Of a stretch of DNA of 64,000 bases, positions 20,956 through 31,932 are shown piece after piece. Under the pieces are notes generated by a model, which saw nothing but the letters and a program-made list of their open reading frames with translations, was not told the DNA's origin and did not search any database. Position 1 is the first letter of the stretch. Every line of letters begins with the position of its first letter. This stretch comes from Myxococcota bacterium. Its GTDB lineage: Bacteria; Myxococcota_A; Polyangia; Nannocystales; Nannocystaceae. Location of the stretch: contig JBCCWC010000001.1 in the NCBI GenBank assembly GCA_039194325.1, positions 32,001 through 96,000 of the forward strand. Reading direction: 5' to 3'. The translations under genes and the position numbers were made by a program.

Positions 20956-23844
20956 TCAGCTGCCCGCCGGCTCGCCCCCGGGCACGCTGATGTCCGCCGC
21001 GAACAGCCGCGGCTCGTCGATCCGGGCCGCGATCGCGTCTGCGGTGCGATCGCGTAGCCGCACGATGTCTGCGATCTCCTGCCCCTGCGGCTGGATCGGC
21101 TCGAGCACCTCCACCTCGATCCGCTGGCGCCGGGGCAGCCAGGTCCCGTCCCGCATCGCCCTACGCGAGCCTCGGATCGCGACCGGTACGATCGGCGCGC
21201 CCGTCTGGCACGCGAGCCGAAACGCCCCAAGCTTGAACGAGCGCATGCCCACCTCGGGCGAGAACGTGCCCTCGGGGAACACCATCACGCGCTGGTCGGC
21301 CGCGAGCAAGGACACCACCTCCTTCAGATCGGCCAGCGAGCGGGCGGCGGAGTGACGATCGATGAATACGTGCCCCATCCGCACCAGCGGCGAACCGAAC
21401 AATAGGTGGTTACGCAGCTCTCCCTTGATCACAAAGCGCACCCCGGCCGGGAGGGCCGCGGTACAGATCAAGAAGTCGAGATAGCCGCAGTGGTTGGCCA
21501 CCAAGATCGCAGCCCCCTTCGGGATCCGCGACAGCCCGGTCACGCGCGGCCGTAGGCCGGCAAAGGTCATCGCGGCCCGGGCCTCGGTCGTGCCCAGCCG
21601 CTGCGCCGGCCTCCCCGCGGGGCTCAGCCGCCCCAGGACCATGGCCAGCCCGCACCACGACGCCAGGGTCGAGGCCGCGTAGCCGCCGTAGATCGTGCGA
21701 CTCATCCGCCGCGCGACCTTGCCCACGCGCGCGGGCAGCCCCTGCACCAGCAGCCCCGCCGCCTGGCGGGTGGCCGAGCTTCGCGGCTCGTTGATCGTGT
21801 CCTCGAGGTACAGCCGGCGACTCTCCCGGCGCCGGATCTTCCCGCTGGAGGTCTTGGGCACGGCCCCCGGAATCGCCAGCACCACGCGGTCGGGCGGCAC
21901 GCCGACCCGGGTGGTGATCGTCTCGATCACCCGGGCCTCGAGGATCTCGCGGGCCAGCGGATCCTGCTCCCGGGTCTCGGCGATCACCACGATCTGCTCG
22001 GTACCCACCACGTCGTCCCTCACCGCGAACGCGGCCACGCACCCCTGGCGGATCCCCTCGACGGCCGCGGCCGCGGCCTCGATCTCGTGAGGATAGTAGT
22101 TGCGGCCGGCCTTGATGATGAGATCCTTGACGCGCCCGGTGATGAACAGCTCGCCCTCGGCCAGGTAGCCCAGATCTCCCGTGTCGACCCAGCCGTCGGC
22201 GCGCTGGACCTCGGCGGTGGCCTCCGGGCGTCGAAAGTAGCCCTTGAACGACGAGGGCCCCCGAAACTGGATCGTGCCCTGCTGCCGCTCGGGGACGGGC
22301 GACTCCTGCCCGTCGACCACCCGCACCTCGTGCCGAGCGACGGCGCTGCCCACCCCCACGAACTCGAGGTTGTCCGGCTGCTCGGTGGGCACAGCCCGCC
22401 CGTCGGTCTCGAAGGCGGCCCGCTCGATCCGCTCGATCCGAGGGGCCCGCAGCACCGGGGGAAAGGTCACCGCGACCATGTTCTCGGCCAAGCCATACGC
22501 GCAGAAGATCGCCTCACGGCGCAGGCCCGCGGGGCCAAAGCGCTCCACGAAGCGATCGATCGTCGAGGGCACTATTGGCTCCGAGCCGTTGAGGATCGAG
22601 CGCACCCGGCTCAGATCGAGGTGCTGGATCACCTCCTGGTCGATCCGCTTGACGCACAGATCGAAGGCGAAGTTGGGAGCGACCGAGCACGTGGCCTCGT
22701 ACTCGGTCAGCGCCAGCAGCCAGCGCTCGGGCCGGGTCAAGAAGGCCATCGGCGACATCAGCACTGTGGGCACCCCGTAGTAGAAGCACATCAGCCATCC
22801 GCCGATGAGGCCCATGTCGTGGTAGAGCGGCAGCCAGCTGACCACCACGTCTTTGGGCCCGAGCTCGCACCCCTCGCGGGCCGAGCGAATGTTGGCCATG
22901 ACATTGGCCTGGGTGAGCTCTACGCCCTTTGGATCGCCCGTGCTCCCCGAGGTGTACTGGACGAGCGCCGTGTCCGAGGGGGTCACCGACGCCCGGGTGG
23001 TGGTCCCGTCGTACGAGGCGTCCCGGGGTAGCAGCTGGTCGATCGACAGCACGTGCTCGATCGCCTCGACGCGATCCCGAGCGATGTCGGCCACCCGCGC
23101 GGCTCGGTCGAAGGTGATGAGCACCTGGGCCTGCGCGTTGTCGAGGATCTTCGCGCAGCGCAGGATGTACTCGCGGATCCGATCGAGCCGCACCGGCGGA
23201 TATAGGGGCACGGGCACCGCCCCTGCCAGCAGCGTCCCCATGAACGACGCGAAGTACCCCAGCCCCGTGGGCAGCATGATCGCCACGCTGCGCCCCGGCC
23301 CGACCCCGCGCTCGCGGAGCGCCCGCGCCACCACCATCGCTGCGCGATGCAGCGCCCCGTAGGTGATCGGCATGGTCGAGTCGTCGTCGTCGTGCAAGAC
23401 GATGTGTACCCGGTCGGGCTGGTGCCGCACGTGATACTCGAGCACCTCGACCAGAGTGGTCGCGTCCACCGGCTCGGGAGCGGGAGGCTCGGTCGGCAGC
23501 AGCTCGAGCCGGTCGCCGACGTGGGCGGCCGCCGGGGCGCGCACGCTCTGCCCTGCGCCGCGGCGTTGGGCTAGCAGCTGTGACAGCAGCTGCTGGGGGG
23601 TGTCGACGTTGGCGATCGCGTCTTCGGACAACCGCACGCCGAATGCATCACCTGCTCGCACGGCCAGCTCCACGCGCTCCAGGCTGCCCAGCCCCAGCTC
23701 ACGTTCGAACGAGACCTCGGGAGTCAGCGCCCCCAGACCTCGGCCGTCGCTCACGTCGACCACGACGCGACGCACCACATCGAGAACCTGCGCCATATCG
23801 CCCGAGACGCCTTGCGCCAATCGCGAGTTGGAAGGAGCCGACAT
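20956..23844 (-). CDS. ACP + fatty acyl-AMP ligase + PlsC-type acyltransferase fusion
   Basis: ACP LGLGSL; FAAL motifs QYTSGSTGDPKG, SWLPLYHDMGLIG, YGLAE and KTSSGK; acyltransferase motifs NHCGYLD and FPEGT. Confidence 0.9.
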   Translation of the reverse strand: MSAPSNSRLAQGVSGDMAQVLDVVRRVVVDVSDGRGLGALTPEVSFERELGLGSLERVELAVRAGDAFGVRLSEDAIANVDTPQQLLSQLLAQRRGAGQSVRAPAAAHVGDRLELLPTEPPAPEPVDATTLVEVLEYHVRHQPDRVHIVLHDDDDSTMPITYGALHRAAMVVARALRERGVGPGRSVAIMLPTGLGYFASFMGTLLAGAVPVPLYPPVRLDRIREYILRCAKILDNAQAQVLITFDRAARVADIARDRVEAIEHVLSIDQLLPRDASYDGTTTRASVTPSDTALVQYTSGSTGDPKGVELTQANVMANIRSAREGCELGPKDVVVSWLPLYHDMGLIGGWLMCFYYGVPTVLMSPMAFLTRPERWLLALTEYEATCSVAPNFAFDLCVKRIDQEVIQHLDLSRVRSILNGSEPIVPSTIDRFVERFGPAGLRREAIFCAYGLAENMVAVTFPPVLRAPRIERIERAAFETDGRAVPTEQPDNLEFVGVGSAVARHEVRVVDGQESPVPERQQGTIQFRGPSSFKGYFRRPEATAEVQRADGWVDTGDLGYLAEGELFITGRVKDLIIKAGRNYYPHEIEAAAAAVEGIRQGCVAAFAVRDDVVGTEQIVVIAETREQDPLAREILEARVIETITTRVGVPPDRVVLAIPGAVPKTSSGKIRRRESRRLYLEDTINEPRSSATRQAAGLLVQGLPARVGKVARRMSRTIYGGYAASTLASWCGLAMVLGRLSPAGRPAQRLGTTEARAAMTFAGLRPRVTGLSRIPKGAAILVANHCGYLDFLICTAALPAGVRFVIKGELRNHLLFGSPLVRMGHVFIDRHSAARSLADLKEVVSLLAADQRVMVFPEGTFSPEVGMRSFKLGAFRLACQTGAPIVPVAIRGSRRAMRDGTWLPRRQRIEVEVLEPIQPQGQEIADIVRLRDRTADAIAARIDEPRLFAADISVPGGEPAGS

Positions 23845-24169
23845 GCAGCGAAGACTACGCGAACGGGTCGATCTGCCCCAAGTCGCCCGCGAACCGCCAC
23901 CCAACGCCTCTGACCGGGCATTGGGCGCCTTTTTGTGTTGGTCGCCGCGTGCATCGCATCCGTGTGTCGGCAACGACACGACCCCTCGACGGGCGCCGAG
24001 TGTCCGCAGTTGAACCCCATGCGCTGGGCCTTGGACTGTCCTGAGGCTGGCGGTCTCTCACCGCAGCGTGCTCACCTGATCGAAAGGGCCTCGCCGGTCG
24101 TGCACACCGGCGGACCGCGACCCCCGTAGCGACGGTGGATCTCGTGTCTCAGGACCCACGATCCGACAT

Positions 24170-25825
<1,656 letters not shown>

Positions 25826-25861
25826 GGCCTACACCTCGCGACTCGTCAGCCCCTCAGGCCT

Positions 25862-26236
25862 TCAGCCTCTCACTCGCCAAGCGAGCCACTCGGCCATGAA
25901 CACGCGGAGATCCTCGGCGCCCGTCTGATCCAGCCCGCCCAAGACACCCTCGCTGGTCTTCGGATGGCCGCCGGTCGGCCCCGGATCCGCTCGCTCCCAG
26001 TGGATCTCCATGGCGCCCCCTGGTCGGTCCACGAAGATCCGCAGCTCGTGACCCGTGCGGACACGCAGCGCAACATCGTGTTCGGGCCAGATCTCCACCG
26101 ATAGACCCACCGCTCGGCCTTCGGCCGTGGCGGCCAAGGCCACCGCGATCGCGCCCGCCACGTCGCGAATGAAGTCGTCGTCACGCGTAACTGCGCGCGG
26201 TTTCGTGAATGTTTGTAGTGCGATCTTGTTCGTCAC
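25862..26236 (-). CDS. Hypothetical protein
   Basis: Protein-like ORF convergent with the kinase; no recognised motif. Confidence 0.5.
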   Translation of the reverse strand: MTNKIALQTFTKPRAVTRDDDFIRDVAGAIAVALAATAEGRAVGLSVEIWPEHDVALRVRTGHELRIFVDRPGGAMEIHWERADPGPTGGHPKTSEGVLGGLDQTGAEDLRVFMAEWLAWRVRG

Positions 26237-26344
26237 GAGCTCCCAACCCCGTCGATACCGATACCCGAGCCACCCAACGCATCGCGGGGAAGATTCCTTC
26301 CACCTAAAGGGATGATCATGTCGATTGTTGGGGTGGATTGCCGG

Positions 26345-26401
26345 GGCAGCGGGAGCGGGAGCAGCGGGAGCAGCGGGAGCAGCGGGAGCAGCGGGAGCAG
26401 G
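26345..26401. repeat. 9-bp tandem repeat (GCAGCGGGA)n
   Basis: About 6 copies visible. Confidence 0.9.
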
Positions 26402-26698
26402 ATCAGCGACTGGGCCCTACATATCACTCGCCACGGCACTGAGCCCCAGGGTGCGTCGACCAATGCTCGGTCGCGTCAGCGAGGTGAACGAACACTGTCT
26501 CGCGGTTTGATCAAAAGGTCTTGCCGGCAATCGCATCGAGGTGCTCGGATCGTAGCTCGAGCAAAGTCATCCAACCGGCGATACTCGGTTCTTCGTCGAC
26601 GTCGACTACGTCCGAGTTCACACGGGGCCCGGCCCCCGCTTGCGCAACGGGCGAGCCCAAGCAACTTCGGTATCCGCCGAGATCATGCTCTCGCCCCT

Positions 26699-28036
26699 TT
26701 AAGGCGTGGAGAGCAGCATGGTCACCAGCTCCTCGTTGGTCGATCCCACCACCAGGTCGGGAATTCCGTCGAGGTTGGCGTCTCCCGTGGCCAGATCGTC
26801 AGCCGCGGTCCCAATTCCGTAGTCGACCCGAGCCTCGAAGGTCCCGTCGCCCACGCCGACGAAGACACTCACGGTGGTGACGTCGGCATAGGCCACGATG
26901 ATGTCATCGAAGTCATCGCTGGTGATGTCAACACTCTGCACGAGGGTCGCCGTGCCTGCCGGTTCGAGGACGGCGGGATCCTCGAAGCCCGCAGCTCCCG
27001 TGCCCCGCATGGCGAGCACATTGATCCCATTGGCCAAGGCCAAGTCGTCATCGCCATCTCCGTCGAAGTCACCCACCGCCACTCCTCGAGCGTCGCTGGT
27101 AGCCACCCCCACCGTCAAGAGCGAGCCGAGCTGGCCGCTCCCGTCTCCCAAACGGAAGCGGAGCTGATCATTGCCCCCTTCGACGGTGAAGACTACATCG
27201 AGGTTGCCGTCGCTGCTGAAGTCGCCCAGCGCCAGCGCGCGACCGAAACCATTGCCCGTGCCTACGACCTCAGACTGCGCGAGGGTACCGTCGCCAGGGG
27301 CCAGATATACGCGGAGCTGGCTTCCGGACCCGGTGACGACCACCGCGTCGTCGAAACCATTGCCGTCCATATCGCCGACCGCGATCGCGCGGGGATCGGC
27401 GCCGGTCAAGGTGGGGAGCCCCTGGAGCACGAAGTTACCGCTTCCACTCCCCAGCGCCACGTCGAGCTGCTCGGAGAACTCCTCGAGCACCACCAGATCC
27501 GCGTCGCCGTCACCATCGAGCGAGGCTACCTGCATGTCGGTTGCAAAGATCGTCTCATCGCCCAGCGCGGGACCAAAGCCGCCCGCCCCGTCGCCGAGGT
27601 GAACGATGAGCTGGTCGAGGATGAGATAGATCAGATCCGGGTTGCCGTCGCCGTTGGCATCGACCAGCTGCGGGGCATAGACGATGTCGTTGGGCGGGAT
27701 CACGGCCGCGTCATCGAAGCAGAGCTCGCCCGCCACGGGGATCGCGTCGCCGCATAGGGGCCGCACGGGGTCTCCCGAGGAGCTCGAGTCGGCTTCATCC
27801 GTGGTGGTGACATCGGCGGCCGTACTCGAGCCGGTCGTGGGCGCGGGCCCCGAGGTTCCACCGACCGACGACAAACCCCCACCGCTCATCGTGGTCGGCA
27901 AAGAAGTGACGATCGCTCCGACAGTGCCCGCGGTCGAGCCGCTGCCTTCGCTGGTGACCTGCGGCTCGGTGGGATCAAAACAGGCCCACGGTGTGGCGCA
28001 AACGAGCGAGATCCGGAACACGGTAGGACGGAGCAT
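26699..28036 (-). CDS. FG-GAP/VCBS repeat lipoprotein
   Basis: Lipobox PWAC, Ser/Thr-rich linker, repeated D.NGDG..DL motifs. Confidence 0.88.
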   Translation of the reverse strand: MLRPTVFRISLVCATPWACFDPTEPQVTSEGSGSTAGTVGAIVTSLPTTMSGGGLSSVGGTSGPAPTTGSSTAADVTTTDEADSSSSGDPVRPLCGDAIPVAGELCFDDAAVIPPNDIVYAPQLVDANGDGNPDLIYLILDQLIVHLGDGAGGFGPALGDETIFATDMQVASLDGDGDADLVVLEEFSEQLDVALGSGSGNFVLQGLPTLTGADPRAIAVGDMDGNGFDDAVVVTGSGSQLRVYLAPGDGTLAQSEVVGTGNGFGRALALGDFSSDGNLDVVFTVEGGNDQLRFRLGDGSGQLGSLLTVGVATSDARGVAVGDFDGDGDDDLALANGINVLAMRGTGAAGFEDPAVLEPAGTATLVQSVDITSDDFDDIIVAYADVTTVSVFVGVGDGTFEARVDYGIGTAADDLATGDANLDGIPDLVVGSTNEELVTMLLSTP

Positions 28037-28059
28037 CGGAGCCAGGATAGCGCCGACCG

Positions 28060-28217
28060 GCTCGGCTCGGTGACCCGGGCATGGTCGTGCTCCGATCGGG
28101 GGTTGTGGTGAGCCGAGCGACCGCCTCTCGCATGGCGTCGACGAAGACCTAGCCCGTGCCAAACACCCGCGAGAGCTCCTCGTGGGCCTCGGGCTCGATG
28201 ACGACGATCCGAGTCAC
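28060..28217 (-). pseudogene. Degraded ParE/RelE-type toxin
   Basis: GTG start overlaps the antitoxin stop (GTGA). Reads MTRIVVIEPEAHEEL..G*VFVDAMREAVARL..P with an in-frame TAG at 28149-28151; the C-terminus is lost. Confidence 0.65.
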
Positions 28218-28441
28218 GGCCGCTGGGGGAACCCGTCGAAGACCTCTTGCCACGGACGACCGCGACTGCCTTCGACTTCGAGCCTTCGAACGCGGCGCTC
28301 GATCTCGGCGGCCCAATCGGCTTCGACATCCTCATCGGGCTCACCATCGAGGCTCGCGAGAAGCTCGGCGGCCAACTCAGCGCGTTCCTTGACGGTGAGG
28401 CGGAGGGCGGTCGTCAGCACGGCCTGAGCTTGCTCGATCAC
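28214..28441 (-). CDS. Putative addiction module antitoxin (TIGR02574-type)
   Basis: AL.L...ERAELA.ELL.SLD...W.AEIERR......G.PW.EV pattern. Confidence 0.88.
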   Translation of the reverse strand: MIEQAQAVLTTALRLTVKERAELAAELLASLDGEPDEDVEADWAAEIERRVRRLEVEGSRGRPWQEVFDGFPQRP

Positions 28442-28539
28442 GTGTCGATCGTAGCTGGGATCGTCCTGGTGAACAAAATCGCGGCAGGCGCCATCGAGGG
28501 AGAGCCGAGGAACCGTTCGCGGAGCGTTATCCTCGCCGA

Positions 28540-29165
28540 TTACGCTCCAACCGGGAGGTGTCCAAGGTAGAATAGCTTTCCGCGGCTAGCGACCTCCACG
28601 ATGCCCTCGGGGCTGGTGCGCTGAGGCAAGAGATCGGCTATGGACAACCCGGCATCGGCGTAAGCTTGCAGCACCAACTCAGAGCAGAAGAACTTGTCAT
28701 CGTCCTCCAACGCACCGCTAGCGACGGCTGTGCATACTAGGCTGGGGACGGGCCCCATCCACACGGTGACCGCCAAGCACACGAGCAAACCCGTCGACCC
28801 TGCAGCCCCTAGCATTCCGCCGTAGTCGAACCCATTGCTCTCGTTCTTGTAGTGCCGAGCGTGGTCCACGATTTTGAGACCTAGAGCCCGTGATGACACC
28901 TCACGATGGCGGTAGGCAACCGCAATAGTGGAGTGCTTCAGACGATAGCTAAGAGGGTTTCCCGCACCCCATGATCCGTTGCATCAATGACCGTATCATC
29001 GCCACTGTACAGCATCGCATGACTGAAACTTGAAGACGTCACAAGCCGAATTCCGACAGAGATGCGATCTTCGGTAGTCGAGACGATGATATCTGCGGGG
29101 AGTAAGTCGCCTGTATTCAACGTTCGGCGCTCTTTACTCGAAGGTCCGTCTGGGGAAGATACCAT
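28540..29165 (-). pseudogene. Frameshifted permuted papain-like (YiiX/YebB, NlpC/P60) enzyme
   Basis: N-half L.PADIIVS...IR..T.S.FSHAMLY..VIDAT and C-half AYRH..FDY...FFCSELV..AY..AG lie in different frames, switching near 28941. Confidence 0.75.
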
Positions 29166-29489
29166 GGTGTCCTTCGCCGCGGTCGTTCTGGGACTCAAGA
29201 CCAATCTTGGCTCCCTGCCGCATAGTACAATGTCTCGGCCGTGGTCAATGGCGAAAAGCTCGGCAATTCGGGCCAAGGGGCTTGCTCGTCTGCGATTAAG
29301 AGATATTGGCTTAAAAGAGACGACAATTCCCGACGCATCTCGAACCTCGAACCTTGCCTCTACTGATTCGCAAGTAACTACGACAGAAGGAGCTGGTGAG
29401 GTTGCCCGCTCGAATTCAGCAAGCTGTCACTTATCGGTCGAGCCGAAACTCAAGAATCCCGACGAGGTCGCCCGAGCCGCCGGGCTCGA

Positions 29490-29630
29490 CACCGGTCCGG
29501 TTGACCATCGCGCTCGAGCCAAATCGGGTCGACATCGTTCTAACGGTCGGACGCGAACCACACGATCTCCTGCGTTCGATCTTCCACCACGTCAGATCGC
29601 TGGTGGACCAGCACGCGGGGTTGAGCTTCG
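29490..29630 (-). pseudogene. Remnant of an unknown gene, homologous to 33610-33735
   Basis: SDVVEDRTQEIVWFASDR*NDVDPIWLERDGQP versus SDVVEDGTQGIAWFASADRKDVGPAWLERDGQP. Confidence 0.6.
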
Positions 29631-29780
29631 GCGAGAACGAGCTCGAGGAGTTGTTGGCGCTCGATGAGGCGCTCGGGTCTGGCCCGGGCGTCGATGACGA
29701 GCCCGAGACCGAGCCTCCCCCTCCCCCGGCGGACCCGGTGACCGAGCCTGGCGAGGTCATGCAGCAGGGGCGCCACGGTC
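29620..29780 (+). pseudogene. Fragment of a phage-type ParB-like/DNA methyltransferase linker
   Basis: FGENELEELL...DDEPE..PPPPADPVTEPGEV.QQGRH resembles the 'PVT.PGD.W.LG.H' junction of these proteins. Confidence 0.45.
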
Positions 29781-29892
29781 GTGGCATGACCGCCCAGTCG
29801 CCCAGCGTGATCGATGCTCTGACGGCCGTGCAGGACGACCTCGCCCTGCGGATGCTCCAGACCGCACCACGGACCTCAGCGCTACTGACCTG

Positions 29893-30075
29893 GTGATCCG
29901 AGGGCCCGGCGGAGTGGCGATCCAGGTCACCCCGGCCGGGGCGATCACGATCGCGGCCGCGGGCCATCTGGCCAGCGCCGCGCGAGTGGGAGACGCGGTG
30001 GCCCCGACCGAGGACATGCAGACCTGGATCACCGCCGTGGCCGGGGTGCCTGAATACACGCTCGCTCGCCGCTGA
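29893..30075 (+). pseudogene. Possible phage baseplate/spike C-terminal fragment
   Basis: Short beta-rich stretch with AARVGDAV; weak similarity only. Confidence 0.3.
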
Positions 30076-30208
30076 TTTCCCGCGCATTGCGGGATGTCAA
30101 GCGAATGCACCGCGCGCACTTCACGTAATTCGACCAAGCGCCTCTCTTTCATGTCCCAAATGGGACATGAAGATAAAGTAGGGCCTACGTTGATAGTATC
30201 CGACCAAC

Positions 30209-30889
30209 ATGCTCGGTCGCTGCCCTGCGATTGTCGTCCTGTGCGCTGCTACTGTCGCTTGCGCCACGACCTCCTCATCCTCCCATGAGACGCCCCGCGT
30301 CGCAGCAACAGGGGACAACGTCGACCACTATGGACGTCCGACAGATTCGCAGGCACGAGAGTGTTACGACCGGTGCATGCGACAAACCGACGTAACCGAC
30401 GCAGTGTTCGGCACTTCCTCATATAAGACCGACGAGCGACAACAGTCGGCATGTTGGGATCATTGCGCGCCGCGAGTCAAACCTAAGGTTTGTACCGAAG
30501 GTGAAGTACAGAGTTGTTCATGCCCTAATCCGGGGGACTTTTCCGCGGAGCCTCTTCCCGGAGTAAGGGTATGCGTGCCAGACAGAACGAGATTTGGCGG
30601 TTGTGATTGTACACCCAAGAGGACCCCAGCAGACAAGAGGGGTAATGCACCTGAGGCAAAGAGCGGAGAGAGCGGAGAGAGCGGAAACTCCGCAGTCAGT
30701 CCATTCGGCGCGGATGCGACAACCGGCGAAGCCGCTTGCAAATCAGCCATCAAGAGCTACTGCGTCGAGCTCTGTGCGGACTCAAAAGTGACGGAGCGTG
30801 GTCCCTGCGAGATTAAGTGCATGAAAGAGCCAATCGAGAGCTATGACGGGAAGCTCAAGGAATGCACGCCGGAACTTTCAGACTACTAG
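30209..30889 (+). CDS. Cys-rich lipoprotein
   Basis: Lipobox TVAC, about 19 Cys, and a myxobacterial-type C..G..QSC.C...G.R.C...FG.CDC module. Confidence 0.75.
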   Translation: MLGRCPAIVVLCAATVACATTSSSSHETPRVAATGDNVDHYGRPTDSQARECYDRCMRQTDVTDAVFGTSSYKTDERQQSACWDHCAPRVKPKVCTEGEVQSCSCPNPGDFSAEPLPGVRVCVPDRTRFGGCDCTPKRTPADKRGNAPEAKSGESGESGNSAVSPFGADATTGEAACKSAIKSYCVELCADSKVTERGPCEIKCMKEPIESYDGKLKECTPELSDY

Positions 30890-31232
30890 TAGATGAGTTT
30901 ATTCGCCTCCGACACACGCCGATATTGCTCGGATCTCTCCTCATGACTCGGATCCATCAGAGCTATGGTGCGCCGATGGCACCCCGGTCCGGGCAGCTCA
31001 TTGCAGCTCCGACGAAGGAAAAATTCAAACCCGACAAGCCCGAAGATCACGCTCTGGGGGGGGCGCTCTGAAGGGGGTTGGGGGACGAAATACATATCCT
31101 ATGTGGGGTGCAGGGGCACCCCATGCACTTTCATACCAACGGGGGTCAAGGCTCGGAAGGACGAGTTGAGTCGTTTTGCCTGCTCTCAGAGAGCTTAGCC
31201 AGGGGATGTGGTGATCGCTCAACCATGTCGCT

Positions 31233-31520
31233 ATGCTAGAGACCGCGAAAGCGGATAGCCTCCGCTCCGTGGACTCGGACGCCATCCGCGCACGGCTCGC
31301 AGATCGGATTCGGGAGGCATGCTCCGCCCGGGGTCTCGCCGTGTCGCGGGTTGCCGCCCTGGCGGGCGTTTCGCGCAACCACCTCTTCGCGGTCCTGGCC
31401 GGGAGCAAGGCTCCGACCATTGATTATCTCGCCAAGCTGGCCCAGGTGCTGGAGCTCGACCCAAGCGCGCTGATTGGGCCCAAGGCGATCACCTCAAGGA
31501 CCCGTCGAGTCCGCGACTGA
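31233..31520 (+). CDS. XRE family HTH regulator
   Basis: LADRIR....RGL....A.LAGVS...L..V..G.KAPTI..L.KLA.VL pattern. Confidence 0.88.
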   Translation: MLETAKADSLRSVDSDAIRARLADRIREACSARGLAVSRVAALAGVSRNHLFAVLAGSKAPTIDYLAKLAQVLELDPSALIGPKAITSRTRRVRD

Positions 31521-31750
31521 GCCCTTGACGCTTCGGGCAGCTGCTAGGGTCCGAGCTGACCGCAGCTTGGGAGCTCGGCGAGCCCAGTGGTCGACCACAC
31601 GAGGTCTCAACACCGGTGCTTTCGCATCGAGTTGCCGGGGCGCGACGAGCCTACGGAAGCGTCCGAGGTGACGGCCTGACCTTCGCCGACATCGCCTCAC
31701 CTTGCGGTTGGCCCGAGCGTTTTACAGGGCAATTCATCTGCACGTCTCGC

Positions 31751-31778
31751 TTGACAACTCGAGTGCGTCGGTTAAACC
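31751..31778 (+). promoter_or_regulatory. Putative sigma70 promoter
   Basis: TTGACA-N16-TAAACC upstream of the leader ORF. Confidence 0.5.
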
Positions 31779-31807
31779 CAAGCCCGGACCCCCGATTCGA
31801 GGTTCCC

Positions 31808-31885
31808 ATGCTTGTGAGTCCCACCCATCGACCTGCTGAACCCGGCGAACTCTCGCCGGATGGATCGACCAGCACGGCCGGCTGA
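31808..31885 (+). CDS. Putative 25-aa leader peptide MLVSPTHRPAEPGELSPDGSTSTAG
   Basis: GAGGT SD-like site just upstream of ATG 31808; its TGA overlaps the first strand of a hairpin switch. Confidence 0.55.
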   Translation: MLVSPTHRPAEPGELSPDGSTSTAG

Positions 31886-31928
31886 CGGGGACCCCACGAC
31901 CACTCCCCGTCGTCTGCGACCGGGAGTG
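31884..31928 (+). promoter_or_regulatory. Mutually exclusive hairpins (translational attenuator)
   Basis: GACGGGGA (31884-91) pairs with TCCCCGTC (31904-11). Alternatively CACTCCC-C-GTCG pairs with CGAC-C-GGGAGTG (31901-28), burying the SD. Confidence 0.6.
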
Positions 31929-31932
31929 AGCG

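Noticed and set aside
29331..29358. GCATCTCGAACCTC as a direct-repeat att copy of the tRNA-Arg 3' end
   Set aside because: The match is short and needs a large gap; not distinguishable from chance.
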